Numbered from the stretch's first letter, positions 28,206 through 39,204 are shown. The stretch is DNA of 64,000 bases from Myxococcota bacterium (GCA_965250285.1 OZ252299.1:32001-96000), one strand, 5' to 3'. The notes: generated from the letters alone by a model not told the origin. Numbers and translations: made by a program.

Positions 28206-30134
28206 GTGCGACCCGGCCTGTACTCGTTCGTTCTCGTGTTCGTGCTCGGGATGGCGACCGACGCGACCGCGCAGATTCCGTCCCCGCCCGCCGGCGAAGA
28301 GGGGCTGGCTCAGCAGTACACCGGGCGCGTGTACTCGCCCTACGCCGAGCGCGACTTTCCGAACGGTCTCTACTGGGGCGACACGCACCTGCACACGGCG
28401 TACTCGATGGACGCCGGTGCGTTCGGCAATCGACTCGGTCTCGACGACGCCTACCGCTTCGCTCGCGGCGAGCAGGTGACGTCGAGCACCGGCCAGGCGG
28501 TGCGGCTCGCGCGTCCGCTCGACTTCCTCGTCGTGAGCGACCACAGCGACAACATGGGTTTCTTTCCCGACCTCGCCGCGGGAAAGCCGCACATCCTCGC
28601 CGACGAGACGGGCCGCGACTGGTACGACCGGATCGAGGCGGGGGAGGGCGTCGCGGTCGCGCTCGAGTTGATCACCCTTTTCTCTCAGGGTGAGTTCCCG
28701 ACCGGTCTCATCTATACACCCGACTCGAAGCCGTACCGTTCGGCCTGGGACGCGACCGTCGACGCGGCCGAGCGCTACGACGACCCGGGAACGTTCACCG
28801 CGTTCATCGGCTACGAGTGGACATCGCTCGTACGCGGCAACAACATGCACCGCGTCGTCCTCTATCGCGACGGCAAGGACAAGGGGGCCCAGCAGGTGCC
28901 CTACACGACGTATCCGCCTCACGGCAGCCCGAACCCGCGCGACCTCTGGACGTGGATGGAGGGCTACGAGACGGCGACCGACGGTCGGGTTCTCGCCATC
29001 GCGCACAACGGCAACCTCGCCAACGGCATCATGTTTCCGCTCGAGATGCAGTACGACGGCAAACTGCTCGATCAGGAATACGTCGAGACCCGCGCGCGGC
29101 GCGAGCCGCTCTACGAGGTGACCCAGATCAAGGGCGACGGCGAGACGCACCCCTTCCTCTCCCCAGACGACGAGTTCGCCGACTACGAGACATGGGACAT
29201 CGGCAATCTCGATGTTTCGGAGGTCAAGACCGACGACATGCTCGCGGGCGAGTACGCGCGGGAGGCCCTGAAGCGTGGCCTCGCGCTCGAGACGAAGCTC
29301 GGCACGAACCCCTATCGGTTCGGGATGATCGGCTCGACCGACAGCCACACGTCGCTGTCGACGGCCGAAGAGAACAACTTCTTCGGCAAACACTCGGGTG
29401 CCGAGCCTGGACCCGAGCGCATGATGCACCCGTTCATGGAGAACGAGAACGGCCAGATCATGGGCTGGCAGACGGTGGCTTCGGGGCTCGCGGCGGTCTG
29501 GGCGCGCGAGAACACCCGCGAAGCGATCTTCGACGCGATGGAGCGCAAGGAGGTCTACGCGACCACCGGCTCGCGCATGGGCGTGCGATTCTTCGGCGGC
29601 TGGAGCTATACCGACGCCGACGTGAACAGTCGCGAGCCCGCCTTCGCTGGCTACGACAAGGGCGTGCCGATGGGTGGCACGCTGCCGGCGCGCGCCGAGG
29701 GGGACGAAGCGCCGACCTTCATGGTCTATGCCCTGCGCGATCCGATCGGGGCGAATCTCGACCGCATCCAGATCATCAAGGGTTGGCTCGATGCGGCCGG
29801 CGAGACCCATGAACGGGTCTACGACGTCGCCTGGGACGGTCGACGCAAGCGCCTCTTTGGCGACGGCCTGCGACCGGTCGGTGACACGGTCGATGCGGCG
29901 ACGGCGAGCTGGACGAACACGATCGGTGCATCGGAGCTCGCCTCGGTCTGGACCGATCCCGAATTCGATCCCAGCGAGAAGGCCTTCTACTACGCGCGGG
30001 TGATCGAGATCCCCACGCCCCGGTGGTCGACGTACGAGGCCTATCGGCTCGGGCTCGAGCTGCCCGAGGGCGCGCCCGTCAGCACGCAGGAGCGCGCCTA
30101 TACCTCGCCGATCTGGTACGACCCCGGCGAGTAG
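28206..30134 (+). CDS. DUF3604 domain exported protein (PHP-like metallohydrolase)
   Basis: Signal peptide; [48 protein letters not shown]. Confidence 0.9.
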   Translation: MRPGLYSFVLVFVLGMATDATAQIPSPPAGEEGLAQQYTGRVYSPYAERDFPNGLYWGDTHLHTAYSMDAGAFGNRLGLDDAYRFARGEQVTSSTGQAVRLARPLDFLVVSDHSDNMGFFPDLAAGKPHILADETGRDWYDRIEAGEGVAVALELITLFSQGEFPTGLIYTPDSKPYRSAWDATVDAAERYDDPGTFTAFIGYEWTSLVRGNNMHRVVLYRDGKDKGAQQVPYTTYPPHGSPNPRDLWTWMEGYETATDGRVLAIAHNGNLANGIMFPLEMQYDGKLLDQEYVETRARREPLYEVTQIKGDGETHPFLSPDDEFADYETWDIGNLDVSEVKTDDMLAGEYAREALKRGLALETKLGTNPYRFGMIGSTDSHTSLSTAEENNFFGKHSGAEPGPERMMHPFMENENGQIMGWQTVASGLAAVWARENTREAIFDAMERKEVYATTGSRMGVRFFGGWSYTDADVNSREPAFAGYDKGVPMGGTLPARAEGDEAPTFMVYALRDPIGANLDRIQIIKGWLDAAGETHERVYDVAWDGRRKRLFGDGLRPVGDTVDAATASWTNTIGASELASVWTDPEFDPSEKAFYYARVIEIPTPRWSTYEAYRLGLELPEGAPVSTQERAYTSPIWYDPGE

Positions 30135-30137
30135 AGC

Positions 30138-33100
30138 TCAGGCGGGTGCGCGCGTCGGTGCGGCTGATTCGTCGGCCTCGACTCGAGCGTCGCGGCCGAA
30201 GAGCGCCGCCTTGACGTCCTCGACGATCAGATAGATGGCTGGAACGAGCAGCAGCGTGATCGCCGTCGCCGCCAACACGCCGAAGCCGAGCGAGATGGCC
30301 ATCGGGATCAGCATCTGCGCCTGCACGCTCGTCTCGAGCAGCAGCGGTGTCAGGCCAGCGAACGTGGTCAGAGACGTCAGCAGGATCGCTCGAAAGCGTG
30401 CGCGGCCGGCGACGCGCACGGCGTCTTCGAGCCCCTGGCCTTCGCGACGTCGTCCGTTGACGTAGTCGACCATGACGAGGCTGTCGTTGACGACGACGCC
30501 CGAGAGTGCGACCAGCCCAATCAGCGAGAACATGCTGAAGTCGTGGCCCATCAGCGCGTGGCCCCAGACGGCGCCGACGAGGCCGAAGGGGATCGCCGCC
30601 ATGATGATGAAGGGTTGGGCGTACGACCTGAGCGGGACGGCCAGCAGCGCATAGATCGCGAGCATCGCGATCAGCCAGCCTCGGCCGAGGCTCGACAGGA
30701 ACTCCGACTGCTCGCGCTGCTCGCCGCCGAACGAGAAGACGACGTCGGGATGCGCGCGCTCGAGGGCATCGAGGCGACCTGCCGCGGCGAGGTCGGCGAC
30801 GATCTCGTTGGCCGTCACGACGTTCTCGTCGACCTCGGCGGTCACGGTCACGATGCGTCGGCGATCCTTGCGGCTGATCGACGAAAAGCCCTCGACGAGC
30901 GTCGCGCCAGCCACGGCCGAGAAGGGCACCGCGTCGCCTTCCCGCGTGCGGATGCGCATCTGCTCGAGCGAGCCGAGGCTGTGCCGGTCTTCGGCCGGGT
31001 ACCTCACCATGACCGGGACATCGGCGCGTCCGCGCTGCAGCCGCTGCGCTTCGGCCCCGTAGAAGGCCTGGCGCACCTGGCGTCCGAGGTCTTCGTCGGT
31101 GAGGCCGAGCAGCTCGGCGGCGGGCTTCAGCTCGATCTCGAGCTCCTGCTTACCGCCGCGAAACGTATCGGTGATGTCGAGCACGCCGGGGTAGCCCGCC
31201 AGTGCCTGGGTCAAGCCATCGGCCGCCGCGCGCAGCGCGTCGAGATCGTCGCCCGCGACCTCGACGGCGAGGGGCGACCCGGCCGACAGGATCGAAGAGG
31301 TGAAGCCGAGCTCCTCGGCACCTGGAATCGCGCCGGTGGCGGCGCGCCAGCGCCGCGTGATCTCGGCGACGCTGACGGCGCGCAGCTCGCTCGGCACGAC
31401 CTCGAGCTGGACCTCGCCGAGATGGCTGCCGGTCTGCATCGCGGCCGCGTAGGCCGAGGGGCCGGTCGCCTGCTTGAGCTTGTAGGGCTGCTGGCCCACG
31501 GTGGTCAGCACGTGCTTGAACACGGCGGCATCGTCGCCGTGGGCGCCGCCCTCTGCGGCGATCTCGGCCGCGACGCGGGCGGCGGCCTGCTCGATGTGGT
31601 GGACGGCCTCGGCCGTGGCTTCGGGCGGTGTGCCGAGAGGCATGTTCACATACGCCACGGTCACGTCGCCTTCGACGTCGGGCTGAAAAACGAAGCGCAC
31701 CCAGCCCCCTTGGAGCAGCCCGGCCGTGACGACGAGCGTGGCCACGGCCACGGCGGCCGTCAGATAGCGCCACTCGAGAGCGCGGTCGAGGAAGGGCCGG
31801 TAGTGGATCTCGAGGAAGTGCTCGAGACCATGGGCGATGGCGTTCTGCAGGGCGCGCCATCGCCGCGAGACGGGGTGGGTCGGCGTGTCTTCGTCTGCGT
31901 TCTTTGCGCCCTGGCCATGGCCGAGGTGAGCCGGCAGGACGAAGAGTGACTCGATCAACGAGAAGACGAGGCAAGCGCATACGACGAGCGGAATGACCCG
32001 CGCGATGCGGCCCATGGGCCCCGGCACGAAGAGCATCGGGGAGAACGAGGCGATGGTCGTCAGCACGCCGAAGATCACGGGCGTCGCGACGCCCTGGACG
32101 CCGCGGATCGCGCCGGCCAGCCGCGAGCCGCCGCGGGCCTGCTCGGTGTACGTGTTCTCGCCGACGATGATTGCGTCATCGACGACGATCCCGAGCACGA
32201 CGATGAACGCCATCAGCGAGATGAGGTTGATCGACACGTCGAGCGCGGGCATGACGGCGAGCGCGCCGAGGAAGGAGAGCGGCACGCCGAGGCTCACCCA
32301 GAACGCGAGGCGCAGCCGGAGGAAGAGCGCCAACACGAGGAGCACGAGCAGAAAGCCCGACTGGGCGTTGCGCGTGAGGGTGTCGATGCGACCCCGCAGA
32401 AAGAGCGAATCGTCCTGGGCGAGCGTCAGTGAAACGCCGCTCGGCAGACCGGGCTCGGTGGCCGCGACGTACTCGCGCACGCGATTCGAGATCTCGATCG
32501 CCGACTGATTGCCGACGCGATCAACCTGCACGATCACGGCGGGGGCTCCGTCGAAGAACGCCCGCCGCTCCGTCTCTTCGAAGCCGTCGTCGAGGGTGGC
32601 GACGTCGCCCAGGCGAAGCTGCGTGCCGTCGCGCTGGCTGATCAGAGGGATCCGCGCGAAGTCGTCCTCGCTGCGGGCCTGACCACGCGTCCGCAGCAGG
32701 ATCTCGCCGCCCCGCGTCCGAACGCTGCCCCCCGCCATGTCGATCGACGAGCGCTGGACCGCCCGCACGACGTCGTCGAAGGTGACGCCGTGGCGCAGCA
32801 GCGCGGCCTCGCTCACCTCGATCGAGATCTCATAGGGACGCGCCGCGACGAGCTCGACGTCGCTCACGCCAGGGAGCGTCGCGATCTCGTCGCGCACCTG
32901 CTCCCCGAGCCGCTTGAGCGTCTTCTCGTCGACCAGGCCCGAGACGGCGACGTCGACGACCTGCATGCGAATCGCGACCTGCTCGATCTCGGGTCGCTTC
33001 GCCTCGGCCGGGAAGCCCTCGATCCGATCGACCCGGGTCTTCACGTCGCCGAGTCGTTGACCGACGTCCTCGCCGGCGCGCAGCTCGATGCTGACGCTCC

Positions 33101-33368
33101 CGCGCCCCTCGTGCGCCGAGCTGTGCAGGCGCTTGACGCCGCTCATGCCCTGCAGCGCCTCTTCGATGCGCACGCAGATCGCTTCTTCGACCTCGGTCGG
33201 CGACGCGCCCGGGTAGTCGACCGTCACGGTCAGCACCGGCAGGTCGACCGAGGGGAAGACCTCCTGGCGGATCGTCGGCAGCGCGACGATGCCGCACGCT
33301 ACGATCATCGCCATCAAGATGTTCGCGGCGACGTGGTTCTCGGCGAACCAGCTGAGCGCACGCTTCAC
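30138..33368 (-). CDS. RND efflux transporter permease subunit
   Basis: N.VAAN, GIVVDDAII.GEN, GVVVNDS, RFRAILLTSLTT; GTG start overlaps MFP stop. Confidence 0.95.
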   Translation of the reverse strand: MKRALSWFAENHVAANILMAMIVACGIVALPTIRQEVFPSVDLPVLTVTVDYPGASPTEVEEAICVRIEEALQGMSGVKRLHSSAHEGRGSVSIELRAGEDVGQRLGDVKTRVDRIEGFPAEAKRPEIEQVAIRMQVVDVAVSGLVDEKTLKRLGEQVRDEIATLPGVSDVELVAARPYEISIEVSEAALLRHGVTFDDVVRAVQRSSIDMAGGSVRTRGGEILLRTRGQARSEDDFARIPLISQRDGTQLRLGDVATLDDGFEETERRAFFDGAPAVIVQVDRVGNQSAIEISNRVREYVAATEPGLPSGVSLTLAQDDSLFLRGRIDTLTRNAQSGFLLVLLVLALFLRLRLAFWVSLGVPLSFLGALAVMPALDVSINLISLMAFIVVLGIVVDDAIIVGENTYTEQARGGSRLAGAIRGVQGVATPVIFGVLTTIASFSPMLFVPGPMGRIARVIPLVVCACLVFSLIESLFVLPAHLGHGQGAKNADEDTPTHPVSRRWRALQNAIAHGLEHFLEIHYRPFLDRALEWRYLTAAVAVATLVVTAGLLQGGWVRFVFQPDVEGDVTVAYVNMPLGTPPEATAEAVHHIEQAAARVAAEIAAEGGAHGDDAAVFKHVLTTVGQQPYKLKQATGPSAYAAAMQTGSHLGEVQLEVVPSELRAVSVAEITRRWRAATGAIPGAEELGFTSSILSAGSPLAVEVAGDDLDALRAAADGLTQALAGYPGVLDITDTFRGGKQELEIELKPAAELLGLTDEDLGRQVRQAFYGAEAQRLQRGRADVPVMVRYPAEDRHSLGSLEQMRIRTREGDAVPFSAVAGATLVEGFSSISRKDRRRIVTVTAEVDENVVTANEIVADLAAAGRLDALERAHPDVVFSFGGEQREQSEFLSSLGRGWLIAMLAIYALLAVPLRSYAQPFIIMAAIPFGLVGAVWGHALMGHDFSMFSLIGLVALSGVVVNDSLVMVDYVNGRRREGQGLEDAVRVAGRARFRAILLTSLTTFAGLTPLLLETSVQAQMLIPMAISLGFGVLAATAITLLLVPAIYLIVEDVKAALFGRDARVEADESAAPTRAPA

Positions 33369-34642
33369 GGCGCGGGGCTCGGCTTGGGCGAAGTCATGGC
33401 CGTCTCGACTTCGACTTCGACTTCGATCTCGGCCTGCGGCGCGATTCGCGCTTGCTGCTCTTCTTCTCGCACGTACGCCATGTCGACCACCGTCTCGACC
33501 TGCATCCCGTCGACGGTGATCGAGAGCGGCGTGGTGCAGAGACGGTCGCCGGGCTCGAGGCCGCCGGTCACGAGCACTTCGTCTCGATTGCGCTTGAGGA
33601 CGTCGACCTCGCGCATGCGGATGCGTCCCGCCCGATCGACGGCGATCACGGTGGTCGCGCCTCGCATCGCGCTGCGCGGCACACGCACCACCTGCTCGAT
33701 CTCGCGACCCATGATCTCGGCCTCGACGAACAGGCCGACCGAGAGCGGCGGGCGATCGGGCGCATCGCCGCGGCCATAGGGGTCTTCGACCCGCGCGACC
33801 GTGTGAATCATGCGCGTGCGCGCGTCGAGCTCGCCCTCGGTGCGCACGATGCGGCCGTGCCACACGTGCCGTCGACCGGCGAACTCGGCGCGCAGCACGA
33901 CTTCGGGCGCAGGCGCGGCGTCGCCCCCGTCGCGATACGCGATCGGCAGATCGACGTAGGCAGCCTCGGCATCGGCGATCGGGAGCCGCACCTCGGCGTA
34001 GTCGACGGCGTACAGCCGGGCGATGGGGGCTCCGCGCGCGACGAACTGGCCGACGTCGACCCGCTTCTCGCGGACGCGGCCCAGGTAGGGCGCGCGCACT
34101 TCGGTTCGCTCGAGGTCGCGCCGCGCCTGCTTGACCGCGGCTTCGGCTTCGACGACGGCGGCCTCGGCGACTTCTCGGGCGTTGATCGACGCTTCGAGGT
34201 TCGACGTGCTCTCGACGCCGCTGTCGGCGAGACGACGATGTCGCCCGAGGTTCGCTTCGGCCAGCGACCGCTCGCTGCGCGCGCGGCGCAGCGCCGCTTC
34301 GGCGCGGGCGAGCGCGATTTCGTAGTCGGTGGCGTCGATGCGCAGCAGCAGCTCATCGGGCTCGACGAAGCCGCCCGCGGCGAGCGATGGAGACACCTCG
34401 AGGATGCGTCCGGTCACCTCGGCGACGAGGTCGGTCTCGGTGCGGGGGACGACGGTGCCCTGGGTCCGGACCGAGAGGCGCACGCGCTCGGGGACCGCCG
34501 GCGTGACCCGTACGGTCGGATGCACCACGACCGGCTTCGCCGCTTCGACGCCGGGACGCGCCACGACGAGCCCCGCCGCCGCGACGAACGCGGTCGCCAG
34601 CACCGCGAGGGGCCAGGCGAGCTTGGGGGGCAGGCGTGTCAT
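33365..34642 (-). CDS. RND periplasmic adaptor (membrane fusion protein)
   Basis: N-terminal TM; EVTGRI, coiled coil and RAPYLGRV lipoyl-like motifs. Confidence 0.92.
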   Translation of the reverse strand: MTRLPPKLAWPLAVLATAFVAAAGLVVARPGVEAAKPVVVHPTVRVTPAVPERVRLSVRTQGTVVPRTETDLVAEVTGRILEVSPSLAAGGFVEPDELLLRIDATDYEIALARAEAALRRARSERSLAEANLGRHRRLADSGVESTSNLEASINAREVAEAAVVEAEAAVKQARRDLERTEVRAPYLGRVREKRVDVGQFVARGAPIARLYAVDYAEVRLPIADAEAAYVDLPIAYRDGGDAAPAPEVVLRAEFAGRRHVWHGRIVRTEGELDARTRMIHTVARVEDPYGRGDAPDRPPLSVGLFVEAEIMGREIEQVVRVPRSAMRGATTVIAVDRAGRIRMREVDVLKRNRDEVLVTGGLEPGDRLCTTPLSITVDGMQVETVVDMAYVREEEQQARIAPQAEIEVEVEVETAMTSPKPSPAP

Positions 34643-34875
34643 TTTCAGGGGGTCCTCGATGGGCGCGGCGCCGGCTCGAGGGCGCCCCATGCGGGCCGCT
34701 GGCCTCGAGTCACGAACGCGGCATCGGCTGACGCATCGGGGACTTGAGCGCGCTTCGGCATCTCGACGAGCGGCCGCGGGCGTCGCGCGCGAGGCGATCG
34801 AAGCTGTGTCGAATTCGGTCGATGACCGGCCGGAGGTTCCCGGGCGAGCGCGTCGACGCGCCCCTTGCCAGGCGC

Positions 34876-35106
34876 CTAGGAGAGGGGTTCCAAGCAAGCC
34901 CGGCCAGGGCGCTCGTCGAGCGCGGGATCGCGTACGATCTCCACCGTCGGCAGGCCCAGTGCCGCTGCGACGAGGTCGCCCACCTCGGTCTCGTCTTCGC
35001 TTTGATCGCAGGCCCACAGCACGGCGTCGACGACCGACAGCTCGGCGGGCAGCGCGCCCGCATTGCGAGCCGCTTCGGCCAGGTCGACTTCGTTTGATTC
35101 GCGCAT
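34876..35106 (-). CDS. Small acidic hypothetical protein (76 aa)
   Basis: MRESNEVDLAEAARNAGALPAELSVVDAVLWACDQSEDETEVGDLVAAALG...; coding-like composition; sigma-54 motif just upstream. Confidence 0.55.
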   Translation of the reverse strand: MRESNEVDLAEAARNAGALPAELSVVDAVLWACDQSEDETEVGDLVAAALGLPTVEIVRDPALDERPGRACLEPLS

Positions 35107-35132
35107 CCTCGACGCCCCCCAGACCCGCCGAA

Positions 35133-35150
35133 TTGCAGGGGGCATGCCAG
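35133..35150 (-). promoter_or_regulatory. Sigma-54 (-24/-12) promoter
   Basis: Minus strand CTGGCATGCCCCCTGCAA = GG-N10-GC, close to TGGCAC-N5-TTGC. Confidence 0.65.
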
Positions 35151-35411
35151 CTTGCAGCGCGCGCGGGGTCGTTCGTGAAGGGGCCTGTTTTCGCGAGATG
35201 CGACAGGGGTTTGGGGCGGATCCGGCCGCGCGGGCGAGCGCCCGGCCGAGCCGGCCACAGCCCCCGGAGCGTCGGAGAACCGGCGCCTGCGACGCGTGGA
35301 TGACACCTCTCGAAAGTTGCAAACGGGTCGGACCGAAGTGGATCGCCCCGCGCAGCGAGGCATCCAAGTCGGCGGCCGAGGGGGCTTCTGCTGAACGGGC
35401 GGACCAAGGGG

Positions 35412-35714
35412 ATGACGCGCGTGCAAACGACCGAAGAGACCGGCGAGGGATGTCAACGGGGCTTGTCGCTCTACCAATTCGACTCGTGCCCATTCTGCGC
35501 ACGCGTGCGAAACGCGGCCGATTCGCTCGGGATCCGACTCGAGCTGCGCGACACGCTGGCCGATCCCGACCACGCTCGAGCGGTCGTCGAGGCGACCGGC
35601 CGGCGCACCGTCCCCGTCCTGCGCATCGAGGGGGACGACGGGGCCGTCCAGTGGCTTCCCGAGTCGGCAGATATCGTCGAATACCTGCGAGATCGTTTCG
35701 GGAATCACGCCTGA
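35412..35714 (+). CDS. Glutaredoxin-like protein
   Basis: CPFC, TVPVL and ESADIVEYL motifs. Confidence 0.88.
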   Translation: MTRVQTTEETGEGCQRGLSLYQFDSCPFCARVRNAADSLGIRLELRDTLADPDHARAVVEATGRRTVPVLRIEGDDGAVQWLPESADIVEYLRDRFGNHA

Positions 35715-35906
35715 GGCTTCGGACCGCGCCGGCTGCCGCCGCCGACACACAGCGGCGTCGGCTGTCGCCGCGTCGCTTCACGATCGATCCGAGCGACCGA
35801 CGCCGCGTCGCTCACCCCTCGCACCGAGCTACAGACGATGGTCCGGGCCTCCGAAGAAGGGGAGGCACGCACACTTGCGTGTTGCCTGCCCGGAGGACCT
35901 CCCCCG

Positions 35907-36206
35907 ATGTCGCATCGGATTCGTCGCTTCACGGCCGTGCTCGCGGCCGCCCTCATGCTCGCGAGCGTCGCGCCGACCACGGCGCTCGGCGCCAACAATG
36001 GTGAGGACGCCAACGTCCCGGTCACGTTCGACGTGATCATGCTTCGTCCGGTCGGCTTCGTGACGCTGGGCGTGGGGACCGGGCTCTTTCTCGGTTCGCT
36101 GCCGCTGCTGCTCGTGACCCGACCGATGGACATCGACAAGTCGGCGAACAACCTGGTCGCCAAGCCGGCGCGCTTCCTCTGGAAGGACGAGCTCGGCGGT
36201 CACTGA
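35907..36206 (+). CDS. Small exported/membrane hypothetical protein
   Basis: Signal peptide, then D...RP.G....G hydrophobic hairpin. Confidence 0.7.
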   Translation: MSHRIRRFTAVLAAALMLASVAPTTALGANNGEDANVPVTFDVIMLRPVGFVTLGVGTGLFLGSLPLLLVTRPMDIDKSANNLVAKPARFLWKDELGGH

Positions 36207-36212
36207 TCCGCG

Positions 36213-36253
36213 CGCGCTCGGCGGAGCGCCTCGCTCGTGCTCGCCAGAGCGCG
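36213..36253. terminator. Imperfect hairpin between convergent genes
   Basis: CGCGCTC-GGCG ... CGCC-A-GAGCGCG; no U tract. Confidence 0.3.
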
Positions 36254-36532
36254 TCAGTCGTGCTCCCAGTCCTCTTCGTCTTCCCAGCCGGCCTCGTCTT
36301 CGCCGTCGAGGTCGGCTTCGCCGTGCGCTTCTTCCCATTCATCGTCGACCGCGTCTTCGCGGCCCGCGACGGCCCGCCGTCGGCTCTGAATCGCGGCGGC
36401 GACCCAGAAGCCCAGCACCCAGCCGGCGCACGCGAGCAGGATCTCTCGCTGCGTGTTCGGCGTGCGCACGAGCCACGCCCCGAACCCGCCGGTCGCGAAG
36501 AGCGAGAGCAGAATGAGAAACGGACGCTTCAC
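36254..36532 (-). CDS. Small membrane protein with acidic C-terminal tail
   Basis: Two hydrophobic segments and a D/E/W-rich tail. Confidence 0.6.
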   Translation of the reverse strand: MKRPFLILLSLFATGGFGAWLVRTPNTQREILLACAGWVLGFWVAAAIQSRRRAVAGREDAVDDEWEEAHGEADLDGEDEAGWEDEEDWEHD

Positions 36533-36560
36533 GCGTCTCGTTCCGTTCGCGGGGGCCGCG

Positions 36561-37226
36561 TCAGAAGCGGAAGACCGCACCCCACGTCAGATTCGTGGAG
36601 CGCAGATCCTTCAGGTCGCCCGTCGGCAGATTGAAGATCGCGTCGACCACCAGCGCGAGATCCTCGTTCAGCCACAGCTCCACGCCGCCGCCGAACTTCG
36701 ACACGAAGGCGCCGGCGTTGCCGAGCTGGGTGTACGTGCCGGTGCAGTACCAGAAGAACGGATCGCAGACGATGCCCGTCGCGTTGGTGGTGCGCAGCTG
36801 CGCCCATTGCCCGCCGATGCCTGCGAGGCCATAGGGCTGGATCCGGCCGAACCAGGGGGCGTAGAGCTTGACACTGGCTCCGCCCATGCCGCCGTCGACG
36901 GTCAACGACACGTCGGTCGGCTGCGGGAGCAGCGGCGGCTCGACGAGGTAGTCGACTTCGTAGCCCGACAGGAACTCGAGAAACCCCTCGACTGCGAGGA
37001 ACTCGTTGAACCGGTAGCCACCGCGCACCGAGAAGCCCCAGCTGTTGCCGAAGTCGTTCTCGCCGGTGTCCTGGAAGTGCTCGAACGAGTTGATCGCGCC
37101 GAGCAGGATATAGGGCGCGGGCTCGGTCCACTCTTCCTGGGCCACGGCGACGCCCGGCAGCGCGAGCCAGAGCGAGCCGACCACCAGCCACCAGCGGTGG
37201 AGGGCGTGAGGGCGAGATGCGCGCAT
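36561..37226 (-). CDS. Outer-membrane beta-barrel (OmpA/OmpW-like) protein
   Basis: Signal peptide; GGYRFNEFLAVEG, QPYGLAGIG; terminal FRF. Confidence 0.85.
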   Translation of the reverse strand: MRASRPHALHRWWLVVGSLWLALPGVAVAQEEWTEPAPYILLGAINSFEHFQDTGENDFGNSWGFSVRGGYRFNEFLAVEGFLEFLSGYEVDYLVEPPLLPQPTDVSLTVDGGMGGASVKLYAPWFGRIQPYGLAGIGGQWAQLRTTNATGIVCDPFFWYCTGTYTQLGNAGAFVSKFGGGVELWLNEDLALVVDAIFNLPTGDLKDLRSTNLTWGAVFRF

Positions 37227-37293
37227 GTTCGTTCTCCTTCGGGCGTTCGAGCGCAGGTCGACCCGGTGCCTGCGAACGTCGAGCTTCGAGCAG

Positions 37294-38520
37294 CTAGAGC
37301 GGCAGGTTCCCGGTCGCCGCGTTCAGGTTGCCTTCCTTCTGCCAGGCGTCGATGGCGCGCTGGGCGATGCGCCACTGGTGCACCTCGTCGGCGCCGTCGG
37401 CGAAGCGCGCCCAGCGGGCCTGCTTGGCCATCTCGGCCAGCGGTGTGTCGGTCGAGTAGCCGAGCGCGCCGTGCACCTGGATCGCGCGGTCGATCACGCG
37501 ACCGAGCGTGTTGGCGACGAAGTGTTTTGCCATCGACGCCTCGCTCTTGAAGTCTTCCTGGCGGTCGATGCGGTAGGCGCAGTGCAGGATCATCAGCTTG
37601 CACTGATAGATCTCCATCGTGCTGTCGGCGATCATCCACTGAATGCCCTGCTTCTCGGAAAGCAGCGAGCCGTGCGCGAATCGCTTCGTCGCGCGGTCGA
37701 CCATCATCTCGAGCGCGACCTCGGCCTGACCCAGCCAGCGCATGCAGTGCGCGAGTCGCGCCGGCCCGAGCCGCGCCTGGCCGAGCAGATGGCCTTCGCC
37801 GCGGCCGCCGAGCATCTTGCTGTCGGGCACGCGCAGGTCGGTGATCCGGATCTCGCAGTGATTGTGGCCGCCGCTCATGGTCTCGACGTCGCGAACGATC
37901 TCCCAACCCGCGCTCGGGATGTCGACCAGGAACGCGCTGTTGCCCGCCTGGGGGATCGTGGGGTCGTCTTCGGTGCGCGCGATCAGGATCGCGAACTGCG
38001 CGCCGCGCGCGCCCGAGATGAACCACTTGTGGCCGTTGATGACCCAGTCGTCGCCGTCCTTCACCGCCCTCGTCTGGATCAGCGTGGGGTCGGAGCCCGC
38101 GACCTCGGGCTCGGTCATCGCGAAGCAGCTGCGCGCGCGCCCCTCGCAGAGCGGTCGCAGATACTGCTCCTTCTGCTCGTCGGTCGCCCAGTGGAGCAGC
38201 GTGTGCATGTTGCCCTCGTCGGGGGCCTGGGCGTTGAGCGCAAACGGGCCGAAGCGGGTCTTGGCCGCCTCGGCGCTGACCGCCGCCATCTCGACGTGAC
38301 CGAGGCCCATGCCGCCCCATGCTTCGGGCATGTGGGGCAGCCACAGGCCGGCCTCCTGCGCGGCCCTGCGCATGATGACGATCTGCTCGACCAGCGTGTC
38401 GCGGTCGTCGGGGTGGTCGGCGATCACCGTCTCGGCCGGGCGCACGACGTCGTCGAGGTAGCCGCGGACGCGCTCGATGACGAACTGAACGTTGTCATCG
38501 AACGTGAAGTCGATCGCCAT
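37294..38520 (-). CDS. Acyl-CoA dehydrogenase
   Basis: FAMTEPEVAGSD, GHKWFISGA, QVHGALG, DGADEVH. Confidence 0.95.
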   Translation of the reverse strand: MAIDFTFDDNVQFVIERVRGYLDDVVRPAETVIADHPDDRDTLVEQIVIMRRAAQEAGLWLPHMPEAWGGMGLGHVEMAAVSAEAAKTRFGPFALNAQAPDEGNMHTLLHWATDEQKEQYLRPLCEGRARSCFAMTEPEVAGSDPTLIQTRAVKDGDDWVINGHKWFISGARGAQFAILIARTEDDPTIPQAGNSAFLVDIPSAGWEIVRDVETMSGGHNHCEIRITDLRVPDSKMLGGRGEGHLLGQARLGPARLAHCMRWLGQAEVALEMMVDRATKRFAHGSLLSEKQGIQWMIADSTMEIYQCKLMILHCAYRIDRQEDFKSEASMAKHFVANTLGRVIDRAIQVHGALGYSTDTPLAEMAKQARWARFADGADEVHQWRIAQRAIDAWQKEGNLNAATGNLPL

Positions 38521-38719
38521 CGGGAGGGGTCCTCTCGGCGCGCTCGGCACGCCTTGCTCATTCGGCCGCTTGAATTGGGCCTGAATGAGCATAGAGCGCG
38601 CCAACGACGAGCACCCGCGCCTGAGTCAGGCGCGGGTGCCGTGTGCGTGCGTCGAGAGGTGGGTCGGGGGCAGGGCGCTCGGCGCGGCCGCGAGGCGGCG
38701 CGCCGAATCGCAGAGCGCC

Positions 38720-38875
38720 CTACTTGGTGAGGATCAGCCGGCCGTTGCGCGTGAGTCGAAGCAGATAGACCTCTTCGCCGTGGGCGATGCGAAGCGTACG
38801 GTCTCCGGCGAGGAGCTTGCGGCTGCTGACGGTGCGGACGGCGGCGGGCGGACAGGCGGTTCGGATGACTTCCAT
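38720..38875 (-). CDS. hemP: Hemin uptake protein HemP (copy 1)
   Basis: SSRKLL.G...L.I.HGEEVY.LRLTRNGRLILTK signature. Confidence 0.9.
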   Translation of the reverse strand: MEVIRTACPPAAVRTVSSRKLLAGDRTLRIAHGEEVYLLRLTRNGRLILTK

Positions 38876-38937
38876 CGGATGAATCCTCTGGCCGAGAGGC
38901 CGTGGTGGGTCGGTGGATCTGGGCAACGATCGGATCT

Positions 38938-38963
38938 TATTGAAACTGAAATTCGTTTTCAAC
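38938..38963. promoter_or_regulatory. Fur-box-like operator A
   Basis: TATTGAAACTGAAATTCGTTTTCAAC; AT-rich island containing 7-1-7 TGAAATT-C-GTTTTCA. Confidence 0.8.
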
Positions 38964-39048
38964 TAAAAAGAGTGAACCCTTCGGGGGCGGCGTCGCCTCC
39001 GCGTGGTCAGGCCCTTCTGAACCATTCCACCGGACTGGGGTTGCTCTC

Positions 39049-39070
39049 AATGAAAACGAATGTCATTTTC
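39049..39070. promoter_or_regulatory. Fur-box-like operator B (inverted relative to A)
   Basis: AATGAAAACGAATGTCATTTTC; reverse complement GAAAATGACATTCGTTTTCA matches operator A at 18/20. Confidence 0.78.
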
Positions 39071-39204
39071 GTCTTTGCCTCGGGTCGGCCCATCGACTCG
39101 AGCGCCCCTCGAGCACGCCAACGCCAGCCAGGGGGTCGGAGCCCGCCATCGCGGGCACGCGCACTCGTGCGCGCAGACCACCACCTGGCTCGACGACCAC
39201 GCGG

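Noticed and set aside
34744..35097. Plus-strand 117-aa ORF
   Set aside because: The minus-strand 76-aa ORF has better composition and a sigma-54 promoter; this one looks like its shadow
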